Sequence record: NC_020851.1 | Strand: one strand, 5' to 3' | Length of the DNA stretch: 64,000 nucleotides | Shown: one piece after another, positions 20,905-28,077 of the stretch | Position numbering within the stretch: position 1 is the stretch's first letter | Layout: each line of letters begins with the position of its first letter | Notes under the pieces: model-generated | Told to the model about the DNA's origin: nothing | Seen by the model: only the letters and a program-made list of their open reading frames with translations | Database searches by the model: none | Program-made: the position numbers and the translations under genes

Positions 20905-21599
20905 TGGATTGCCAAGGGTTGTAGTCGGTCGAGAATCTCACGATAGGCAGGAACAATATCCCCCTCATCGTTTCTGAATAAATCTTTATCAAATCTTTCG
21001 TCACTACCAATCTTCCATAGTCTCATACTATCAGGACTAATCTCATCAGCAAGTAGCAATTCACCATGAGCAGTATATCCATACTCAATCTTAAAGTCAA
21101 CCAGATCAATACCCATGATGTAGAACATCTGACGAAGATGATCATTAATTCTTAATGTCATCTCAATAAAAGGTTCAGGATCATATCCCATCAGACGCAC
21201 ACGATCTGGTGTCAGTAGAGGATCATGCTTCGTATCATCCTTTAAAAAGAATTCAACAATTGGTTGTGGTAGTGGTTGTCCTTCTTTAAGAGTTGTTTCT
21301 CTTACAATAGATCCAGCAGCACGATTCCTACAAATCACTTCCAGTGGAACAATTTCTACCTTAGTACAAATCATTTTGTTTGCACCAACCATACAATCAT
21401 AGTGAGTCGGAATACCTGCTTCAGCAAGTTTCTCAAAGATAAGAGATGAAATACTACAACAGAGAGATCCTTTTCCTAAAGGGTAATCTTCCTTTTCTCC
21501 ATTACCAGCAGTCACCTTATCATGATACTCAATAATGACTTGCTGTGCATGATTACCTGAGTATACCGTCTTCACCTTTCCTTCGGTAATTATTTCCAT
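20901..21599 (-). CDS. purC: SAICAR synthetase
   Basis: EGKVK, IPTHY, PLEVICRNRAAGS, EFFLKDD, DLVDFKIEYG, LADEISPDSMRLW, FDKDLFR. Confidence 0.97.
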   Translation of the reverse strand: MEIITEGKVKTVYSGNHAQQVIIEYHDKVTAGNGEKEDYPLGKGSLCCSISSLIFEKLAEAGIPTHYDCMVGANKMICTKVEIVPLEVICRNRAAGSIVRETTLKEGQPLPQPIVEFFLKDDTKHDPLLTPDRVRLMGYDPEPFIEMTLRINDHLRQMFYIMGIDLVDFKIEYGYTAHGELLLADEISPDSMRLWKIGSDERFDKDLFRNDEGDIVPAYREILDRLQPLAIQ

Positions 21600-21630
21600 A
21601 AAAAAGAGGGTTTCTAACCCTCATAGTATA

Positions 21631-21948
21631 TCACTCTTCGTCCTGCTTGTAAAGGATACTATGAATTTTATTTAGAGACCTCTGCATGTTTGCGCGTCCT
21701 ACTGGATTGTCTGTGTGAAATGTGATGATTGGAAAGTCGTCTTTGGTATATTCACCAACGAAAACTGCCTCTTCTAACCAATTCATAAAATCATATCCAG
21801 TATGATCTGGGTCTGTATCTCCAAGGTCATGATCCAAAGAGATGTGAGTAGGATTCTCAGTTGCTGTTAAGAACATCATATCCTTTACATTTGATACGAG
21901 AGTCCAACTTTCTGGTGGAGTTCTTACATCATCAAGATACAATTTCAT
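21631..21948 (-). CDS. Cyclic-phosphate-processing receiver-like domain protein
   Basis: MKLYLDDVRTPP...ISLDHDLG...TGYDFMNWL...HTDNPVGRANM family signature. Confidence 0.75.
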   Translation of the reverse strand: MKLYLDDVRTPPESWTLVSNVKDMMFLTATENPTHISLDHDLGDTDPDHTGYDFMNWLEEAVFVGEYTKDDFPIITFHTDNPVGRANMQRSLNKIHSILYKQDEE

Positions 21949-21973
21949 TTGCTATCTCCTTTCGAACAAAGAT

Positions 21974-22018
21974 ATTATACAATAAAAAAGCACCCCGTGC
22001 AAGGAGTGCTGTGACGGT
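21974..22018 (-). promoter_or_regulatory. Stem-loop sigma70 early promoter cassette (terminator plus promoter), copy 1
   Basis: TTGCAC-17-TATAAT, with the -35 box in the loop of a hairpin followed by T6. Confidence 0.75.
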
Positions 22019-22029
22019 TTAGGGAGTGG

Positions 22030-22293
22030 TCAGTCATTCATTTTCCCGTTAAGAATTTCGTAATAATCTGGGGAAGGACGTTTACCATTCTTCCATACAG
22101 ATTGTGTTGAATCTCTTCCAGTTAGATTATAAGGGTCAACACCTTCGGGGATTGGTTTATCCCAGTCATCTATCTCACTGATAGATTTGACAAGATCAAT
22201 AATAGTTGCATTCTTATCTTTGTTATTTACAAACACATCGTCCCACCAATCTGCAATTACATCGTAAAGTTTTTGTTCGTATTCAGTCATCAT
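22030..22293 (-). CDS. Hypothetical protein
   Basis: 87-aa ORF coupled to the upstream gene. Confidence 0.65.
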   Translation of the reverse strand: MMTEYEQKLYDVIADWWDDVFVNNKDKNATIIDLVKSISEIDDWDKPIPEGVDPYNLTGRDSTQSVWKNGKRPSPDYYEILNGKMND

Positions 22294-22757
22294 ACTACTC
22301 CATTAGCACTATCTTCAACTGTACCCATTGGACCTTTGTGACTATTCATCAGAATCTCAACCTCAGCATCACGAATCTTCCATTCCTCATACTTCTTATC
22401 AAGGTCTTCATTCATCGTTAGATCATACTCTTCACAGATCTTACGCTGCTCTTCTTCACTTATCCAGTCATTGAAGACTAATGACATAGCACCAGTATAA
22501 ATGCTCTTGGGAGACATGCCCACACAGAGCATGAACTTCTCAAATAATTTGAAGTATTGATTGGCATTGAGATCACCAGCAGGAGCAGTGATCAGGTAAT
22601 GCTCTTCAGGAATGAAGTCATCAATGACCCCTACAGTAGACCCACTACCATAGGTGGGCGTGTAGGTAGCATCAAATTTTAACTGGACGGTTGCTTCGTA
22701 GGTCATGGTGTCTGATGTGTATGAATGTAGTATACAATAAAAAAGCACCCCAGTCAA
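22290..22757 (-). CDS. Hypothetical protein
   Basis: Probable start at MTYEATVQ, downstream of the promoter at 22729-22775. Confidence 0.65.
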   Translation of the reverse strand: MTGVLFYCILHSYTSDTMTYEATVQLKFDATYTPTYGSGSTVGVIDDFIPEEHYLITAPAGDLNANQYFKLFEKFMLCVGMSPKSIYTGAMSLVFNDWISEEEQRKICEEYDLTMNEDLDKKYEEWKIRDAEVEILMNSHKGPMGTVEDSANGVV

Positions 22758-22775
22758 TGAGGTGCTGTGACGGTT
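22729..22775 (-). promoter_or_regulatory. Stem-loop sigma70 early promoter cassette, copy 2
   Basis: TTGACT-17-TATACT; shares accgtcacagcac...ggggtgcttttttattgtata with copy 1. Confidence 0.75.
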
Positions 22776-22786
22776 GTGGAAGTGGT

Positions 22787-23326
22787 TTAGAGTGCTTCCA
22801 AATTTTCTACCAGTATTTTGAGTTCTTGTAGGGTGGCATCATTTTTGAGTGTGTTGGCTCTGTTACTGATGACCCACACATTACCTTTGATGTATCCTTT
22901 CTCTGGAATAATTTTATCCAGTGAAGGATTGTTTGGGGAGTTTCTAACCTCCGTGCTTTCAATTTTTATACCAAGCAACGGACATCTCTCTGGAATAATA
23001 ATATCAGAAAGTTCAATATTAAAGGCAAGATTATTTTTCTTTGCCCTATTTTTTGCTCTTGCTAACATTTTATATTCTGTTGTCTTTGAGATTGCGTTGG
23101 GGTCAAATCTTTTCTTATTTGTCTCAACAGATCTTTCTCTACGAAGACATCCACAGGATTGAGTTTTGCCAGAAACTATTTCGTGTCTTCTGGTTGTAGA
23201 AGTGCTCCCACCACAAGAGCAAGAGCATTCACATAGAACATACTTTTTACAAGGAGATTGATACTCTCGTAAGATAGTCAATCTCCCATAAGTATTACCA
23301 ACTAAACTTTTCCTTTTATAAGACAT
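22787..23326 (-). CDS. Free-standing HNH-type homing endonuclease downstream of psbD
   Basis: N-terminal GRLTIL...CECSCSCGG...SGKTQSCGC; C-terminal CPLLG...PSLDKIIPEKGYIKGNVWVISNRANTLKN. Confidence 0.8.
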   Translation of the reverse strand: MSYKRKSLVGNTYGRLTILREYQSPCKKYVLCECSCSCGGSTSTTRRHEIVSGKTQSCGCLRRERSVETNKKRFDPNAISKTTEYKMLARAKNRAKKNNLAFNIELSDIIIPERCPLLGIKIESTEVRNSPNNPSLDKIIPEKGYIKGNVWVISNRANTLKNDATLQELKILVENLEAL

Positions 23327-23330
23327 ACTA

Positions 23331-23381
23331 TACCTTCGTTAGTTACTATTATTTATACAAATAAATACTTCAACGAAGGTA
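23331..23381 (-). promoter_or_regulatory. RBS-sequestering hairpin with a late promoter in its loop
   Basis: 10-bp arms taccttcgtt/aacgaaggta at 23331-23340 and 23372-23381; TATAAATA at 23350-23357. Confidence 0.75.
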
Positions 23382-23386
23382 ATAAA

Positions 23387-24442
23387 TCAAAGAGCATTAC
23401 CTCTTGGAAGGATTTCCTCAATTACAGGAAAGTTTTCGTGTGGTTGGTCAATAGTCATCATCCATTCACGGAGGCCATTGTTCAACAAAATATTTTTCGT
23501 GTAGAAGGTCTCATACGAACCATCTTCAGCAGCACGAATCTCTTGACTCACAAAATCATAAGCACGAAGATTAAGAGCAAGCCCAATGATGCCAATAGAA
23601 GAGACCCAAAGACCCATGACAGGAACAAACAACATAAAGAAGTGCAACCAACGCTTATTGCTAAACGCAACCCCGAAGATTTGTGACCAAAAACGATTTG
23701 CTGTAACCATCGAATAGGTCTCCTCCTCCTGAGTGGAATCGAACGCTTTAAAAGTGTTTGCCTGTTCTCCATCTTCATACAGTGTATTCTCGACAGTAAC
23801 TCCATGAATAGCAGAGAGAAGTGCTCCTCCCAGTATACCAGCAACTCCCATCATATGGAAGGGGTTGAGCGTCCAGTTATGAAAGCCCTGGAGGAAGAGA
23901 AGGAACCTGAAAATCGCCGCAACACCGAAACTCGGCGCAAAGAACCAAGATGACTGTCCCAAAGGATAGATGAGGAATACAGACACGAATACAGCAATAG
24001 GACCAGAAAAAGCAATCGCATTGTAGGGACGGATTCCAATTAGACGTGCCAGTTCAAACTGACGTAACATAAAACCTATAAGTGCAAAGGCACCGTGGAG
24101 AGCAACAAAGGACCAAAGCCCTCCAAGTTGGAGCCACCGTTGAAAGTCCCCTTGAGACTCAGGACCCCAAAGTAGAAGAAGAGAATGACCCATAGCGTCA
24201 GCAGGCGTCGAGACAGCTGCCGTAAGAAAGTTAGCACCCTCAAGATAGGAACTAGCAAGTCCATGGGTGTACCAACTCGTAACAAAAGCTGTGCCAGTAA
24301 GCCAACCGCCAATGGCAAGATAAGCAGTGGGAAGAAGTAGGAGTCCAGACCAACCCACAAAGACAAAGCGATCCCGTTTAACCCAGTCGTCCAAGATGTC
24401 AAACCATCCCCTCCCTGATTGTTGTAATGTTGAAGTAGTCAT
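23387..24442 (-). CDS. psbD: Photosystem II D2 protein
   Basis: [27 protein letters not shown], ends PRGNAL; C-terminal lumenal segment unusually divergent. Confidence 0.98.
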   Translation of the reverse strand: MTTSTLQQSGRGWFDILDDWVKRDRFVFVGWSGLLLLPTAYLAIGGWLTGTAFVTSWYTHGLASSYLEGANFLTAAVSTPADAMGHSLLLLWGPESQGDFQRWLQLGGLWSFVALHGAFALIGFMLRQFELARLIGIRPYNAIAFSGPIAVFVSVFLIYPLGQSSWFFAPSFGVAAIFRFLLFLQGFHNWTLNPFHMMGVAGILGGALLSAIHGVTVENTLYEDGEQANTFKAFDSTQEEETYSMVTANRFWSQIFGVAFSNKRWLHFFMLFVPVMGLWVSSIGIIGLALNLRAYDFVSQEIRAAEDGSYETFYTKNILLNNGLREWMMTIDQPHENFPVIEEILPRGNAL

Positions 24443-24468
24443 AACTCCGTAATAAACTTATGCTATTT

Positions 24469-24497
24469 AGTTTACACTTCTTTACAATCGGTGTCAA
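24469..24497 (-). promoter_or_regulatory. sigma70-type promoter of psbD
   Basis: TTGACA-17-TAAACT. Confidence 0.7.
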
Positions 24498-24592
24498 TGA
24501 GAAGTTATACCTACTTTATGTTTCCGGTAGAGTTGAGGCCAAGTGTCCCGAATAATCTCTGCCAACTTATCGGGTGTGGATGAACTAATCAC
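24494..24592 (-). CDS. Small hypothetical protein (32 aa)
   Basis: GTG start overlapping the talC stop; MISSSTPDKLAEIIRDTWPQLYRKHKVGITSH. Confidence 0.5.
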   Translation of the reverse strand: MISSSTPDKLAEIIRDTWPQLYRKHKVGITSH

Positions 24593-25254
24593 AGACCCTT
24601 GACAGAGTTCCAATCTTTCTGGAACTTCTCAAGACCTTGATCTGTTAGAACATGATTATACATTCCCCAAAATACATGAGGTGGAATTGTACAGATTTCT
24701 GCACCGGCATCAAAACATCTTCCTACTTGATGAACATCACGAACTGATGCGGCAATAATCTTAGTAGTACTAAAGTGTTGATTATAGAGACTAGCAATAG
24801 TCTGAACGAGTGCTACTCCAGAAAGAGAGTTATCGTTCATTCTCCCTACAAAAGGAGAAATATATGCGGCACCAGCACGACGTGCAAGAATTGCCTGTGC
24901 TGCAGAAAATATAAGAGTTACATTAACCTTTCTTCCCACAGAAGCAAGTGCTGTACATGCCTTCAATCCTTCTACAGTACAAGGAACTTTGATTGTGACA
25001 TTCCATAGTCCTTCAAATTCCATTGCCTGGTCAATCATTTCTTCGGCAGTATCGGCAACAACTTCTGCCGATACAGATTCGAATTGATTACTCATAGAAG
25101 AAATCTCTTTGATAACTTCTACAGGATCCATACCACTTGCTTTAATCAGAGTAGGATTGGTTGTAATACCCTCAATCATTCCTGTTGTGTTTGCTTCACT
25201 GATTGCATCAACATCAGCAGTGTCTAAAAATAGTTTCATTAGTTTGCAATTCAA
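24589..25254 (-). CDS. talC: Transaldolase (TalC family)
   Basis: LFLDTA, GITTNPTLI, SAEV (catalytic Glu), TIKVP (Schiff-base Lys), NVTLIFS, YISPFVGR. Likely start at MKLFLDT. Confidence 0.95.
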   Translation of the reverse strand: MNCKLMKLFLDTADVDAISEANTTGMIEGITTNPTLIKASGMDPVEVIKEISSMSNQFESVSAEVVADTAEEMIDQAMEFEGLWNVTIKVPCTVEGLKACTALASVGRKVNVTLIFSAAQAILARRAGAAYISPFVGRMNDNSLSGVALVQTIASLYNQHFSTTKIIAASVRDVHQVGRCFDAGAEICTIPPHVFWGMYNHVLTDQGLEKFQKDWNSVKGL

Positions 25255-25328
25255 AATTGTGGTTGACCATTAAAAAAGGACTCATTCAGAGTCCTTATTA
25301 CATTAATATTTAGATAAGACCATATGCA

Positions 25329-25514
25329 TTATTCTCTAAGAACCTCCCGACATATACGTTTGCATGATGACTGATTATCATCACACTCAATTAGACAATT
25401 GTAATAATCATTGATTAGATCCGATTCCTCTATACTTTTATCTAGGGTTTTACCAAATCTTTTAAAACTTTCTTTCCATCCTGCTAATTGATTATAGGAT
25501 ATAAGATTATGCAC
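25329..25514 (-). CDS. Small Cys-motif hypothetical protein
   Basis: GGAGG RBS then GTG at 25514; C-x3-C-x6-C-x3-C near the C-terminus; not CP12. Confidence 0.65.
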   Translation of the reverse strand: MHNLISYNQLAGWKESFKRFGKTLDKSIEESDLINDYYNCLIECDDNQSSCKRICREVLRE

Positions 25515-25708
25515 AATAACCTCCACGAATAAATTTACTCATAATAAAAATCGACTTAGTTACACTTTGCTCAACTCCTCAATTCTACCACTATATAGAT
25601 GATTTGTGTGTAAATCAATACAATTCAGAAACAAAAATTTATGCCTACGAGTTTATACTTACACATAAAAAAAGAGAGGTTTCTTAATTACTTTGATTAA
25701 AACTGCTT

Positions 25709-26218
25709 TTATTTGAATTTTTCTTTTTTCAATATTCTATATCCAGAAGCAGATTTATTATAATTTTTTAATGTGCTTTGAGTCCTCCATAAATTCCCAG
25801 TTATTACTCCATTTTCTCTACACCACTTTCTCAAATTAATACATTCATAAATCGTTCCACTATTAATATTCTCTATTGTCCAAATCCATCTGCAAATAGA
25901 ATGCTCACTATTTTTTTGATTATTTGTCCATTCTAGATTGCAAACTCTATTATCATCTTTTATTTCATTAATATGATTTACTTGAGGAAAATTATTTGGA
26001 TTTGGAATAAAAGTTTCTGCAACCAATCTATGAATTCTTTTATTATAATGTTTGTTATTTTTCATTAATCCCACAAATAAATAACCCTTTTGATGGTAAC
26101 GCAATTTCAATTCACGGAAAGTTATATTCCTATTATCACCCGGTCCCGTGATTTTATCACTAAAAACTTTACCATCCTCAGTAATATAATATCCTGGAAA
26201 ATCTTTTAGTTCTTTCAT
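25709..26218 (-). CDS. NUMOD4-HNH homing endonuclease
   Basis: YYITEDGKV..., KGYLFVGL, IHRLVAETFIPNPNNFPQVNHINEIKDDNRVCNLEW. Confidence 0.88.
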   Translation of the reverse strand: MKELKDFPGYYITEDGKVFSDKITGPGDNRNITFRELKLRYHQKGYLFVGLMKNNKHYNKRIHRLVAETFIPNPNNFPQVNHINEIKDDNRVCNLEWTNNQKNSEHSICRWIWTIENINSGTIYECINLRKWCRENGVITGNLWRTQSTLKNYNKSASGYRILKKEKFK

Positions 26219-26222
26219 GATC

Positions 26223-26588
26223 TTAGTGTTCTTGTAGATATTCTATCATACTTTGGAGAGTTTGGGTGTTGTCTCCTACCAGCCCCAGTGCAGTGTTGCA
26301 GTTGTTGCAGAGCACACCCCGTATCTTATTTGTTGAGTGGCAGTGGTCAATACATTTCTTGGTTAGTTCTGCATCACATATTTGGCAGTTTGTATTAGAC
26401 ATCAAGTTATTATATTGGTCTTCTGTGAGCCTAAACTTTCTTCGTGCAACCTCATGGGGTTTATAGTATTGTCTACGAACTTCTCTTTCACAGTCCTTAC
26501 ACTTTGATTGGACACCAGAAGGTCTGCTGCTCCTTTTAGAAAAACAAGAAAGTTCTTTTGTTTCTCCACATCTGCTACAAGTTTTCAT
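26223..26588 (-). CDS. Endonuclease VII-family free-standing homing endonuclease (F-CphI-like position and family)
   Basis: CSRCG...CKDC, CQICD...CIDHCHSTNKIRGVLCNNCNTALG; immediately downstream of psbA; late promoter at 26615-26622. Confidence 0.85.
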   Translation of the reverse strand: MKTCSRCGETKELSCFSKRSSRPSGVQSKCKDCEREVRRQYYKPHEVARRKFRLTEDQYNNLMSNTNCQICDAELTKKCIDHCHSTNKIRGVLCNNCNTALGLVGDNTQTLQSMIEYLQEH

Positions 26589-26633
26589 TATGGTATGGAA
26601 GTTTGGTATGGAACTATTTATACATTATAACAT

Positions 26634-26658
26634 AAAAAAGAGACCCGAAGGTCTCTTT
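26634..26658 (-). terminator. Intrinsic terminator of psbA
   Basis: gagacc-TTCG-ggtctc followed by T6. Confidence 0.9.
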
Positions 26659-26684
26659 CTTGTTATTCAGTTTTTCTAACTAAC

Positions 26685-27764
26685 TCAACCGATGGAAGGA
26701 GCAGTAAGTGCTACAGGAGTTGACTCAGCAGCAGCAAGATCCAATGGAAAATTATGGGCGTTCCTTTCGTGAATCACCTCTAATCCAAGACCAGCACGGT
26801 TGAGAACGTCTGCCCAAGTGTTGAGCACACGACCCTGTGAATCAATCACAGACTGATTGAAGTTGAAACCGTTGAGATTGAAAGCCATCGTGGATACACC
26901 AAGTGCGGTGAACCAGATGCCAACAACGGGCCATGCAGCAAGGAAGAAGTGCAAGGAACGTGAGTTGTTGAATGAAGCATATTGGAAGATCAAACGACCG
27001 AAGTAGCCATGTGCTGCGACGATGTTGTAGGTCTCTTCTTCTTGACCGAACTTATAACCATAGTTCTGTGACTCAGTTTCAGTCGTCTCACGGACGAGTG
27101 AAGATGTAACCAGACTTCCGTGCATAGCAGAGAAAAGAGATCCACCGAATACCCCAGCAACACCGAGCATGTGGAACGGGTGCATAAGGATATTGTGTTC
27201 TGCCTGGAATACAAGCATGTAGTTAAAAGTACCAGAGATACCAAGAGGCATAGCATCGGAGAAAGAACCTTGACCGAAAGGATAGACGAGGAATACTGCA
27301 CTCGCAGCAGCGACTGGAGCAGAATATGCTACACAGATCCATGGACGCATACCTAAACGATATGAGAGTTCCCACTCACGTCCCATATAAGCATAGATGC
27401 CGATAAGGAAGTGGAAGACTACCAGTTGGAAAGGACCACCGTTATACAACCACTCATCGAGTGATGCTGCTTCCCAGATTGGGTAGAAGTGGAGACCGAT
27501 TGCATTTGAACTTGGGACAACTGCACCAGAAATGATGTTGTTGCCATACATAAGTGAACCAGCAACGGGTTCACGAATACCGTCAATATCGACGGGTGGT
27601 GCTGCGATGAATGCGACAATGAAGCAGACAGTTGCTGCTAACAGTGTTGGGATCATCAGTACACCGAACCAACCAACATACAAACGGTTGTTAGTTGATG
27701 TCACCCACTCACAGAAATTCTGCCATGGGGATGTAGATTGTTGCCTTGAAAGAGTTGTAGCCAT
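26685..27764 (-). CDS. psbA: Photosystem II D1 protein (no intron)
   Basis: Uninterrupted 359-aa D1 with [37 protein letters not shown]. Confidence 0.99.
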   Translation of the reverse strand: MATTLSRQQSTSPWQNFCEWVTSTNNRLYVGWFGVLMIPTLLAATVCFIVAFIAAPPVDIDGIREPVAGSLMYGNNIISGAVVPSSNAIGLHFYPIWEAASLDEWLYNGGPFQLVVFHFLIGIYAYMGREWELSYRLGMRPWICVAYSAPVAAASAVFLVYPFGQGSFSDAMPLGISGTFNYMLVFQAEHNILMHPFHMLGVAGVFGGSLFSAMHGSLVTSSLVRETTETESQNYGYKFGQEEETYNIVAAHGYFGRLIFQYASFNNSRSLHFFLAAWPVVGIWFTALGVSTMAFNLNGFNFNQSVIDSQGRVLNTWADVLNRAGLGLEVIHERNAHNFPLDLAAAESTPVALTAPSIG

Positions 27765-27771
27765 TGAATTG

Positions 27772-27885
27772 TACGAAAAAGTAAGACCATCAGGGAATGG
27801 TGGAGTTACTATTTCCCAGACACCCTAAGTCTGGGATATGAAAGACGTGTTTAGACACCCTATAGGTCTTGGTTTGAGGGGTGTT
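27772..27885 (-). ncRNA. PhotoRC-II-like structured psbA leader RNA
   Basis: Hairpins cccagac/gtctggg and accat/atggt, and an aaacacgtctttcatatcc core, directly upstream of psbA. Family call is from recall and position; boundaries approximate. Confidence 0.7.
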
Positions 27886-27932
27886 ACAAACAGTTAAGAA
27901 ATGTGTTGATTCCTTAACTTGCTGATGTATTT

Positions 27933-27961
27933 AGTGTATCACGATTTACAGTCCCTGTCAA
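27933..27961 (-). promoter_or_regulatory. sigma70-type promoter of psbA
   Basis: TTGACA-17-TACACT; a second stem-loop promoter cassette lies at 28008-28043. Confidence 0.7.
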
Positions 27962-28077
27962 CTCCCGTGTTGAGAGTGTTTTGAGGTGGTGTCCCGAATA
28001 CCTTAGTATTATAAGGCATAAAAAAGACCCGTCAAGGGTCTTTTGCCAGTTATGTGATTGGAACGTTATTATACCAG

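Noticed and set aside
25329-25526. cp12, suggested by the Cys-rich tail and position beside talC
   Set aside because: It lacks the CP12 C-terminal F-C-x-x-x-P-x-x-x-E-C-x-x-Y-D pattern; the Cys spacing differs.
26685-27764. Group I intron in psbA, as in S-PM2
   Set aside because: The reading frame is continuous at 359 aa with no insertion.
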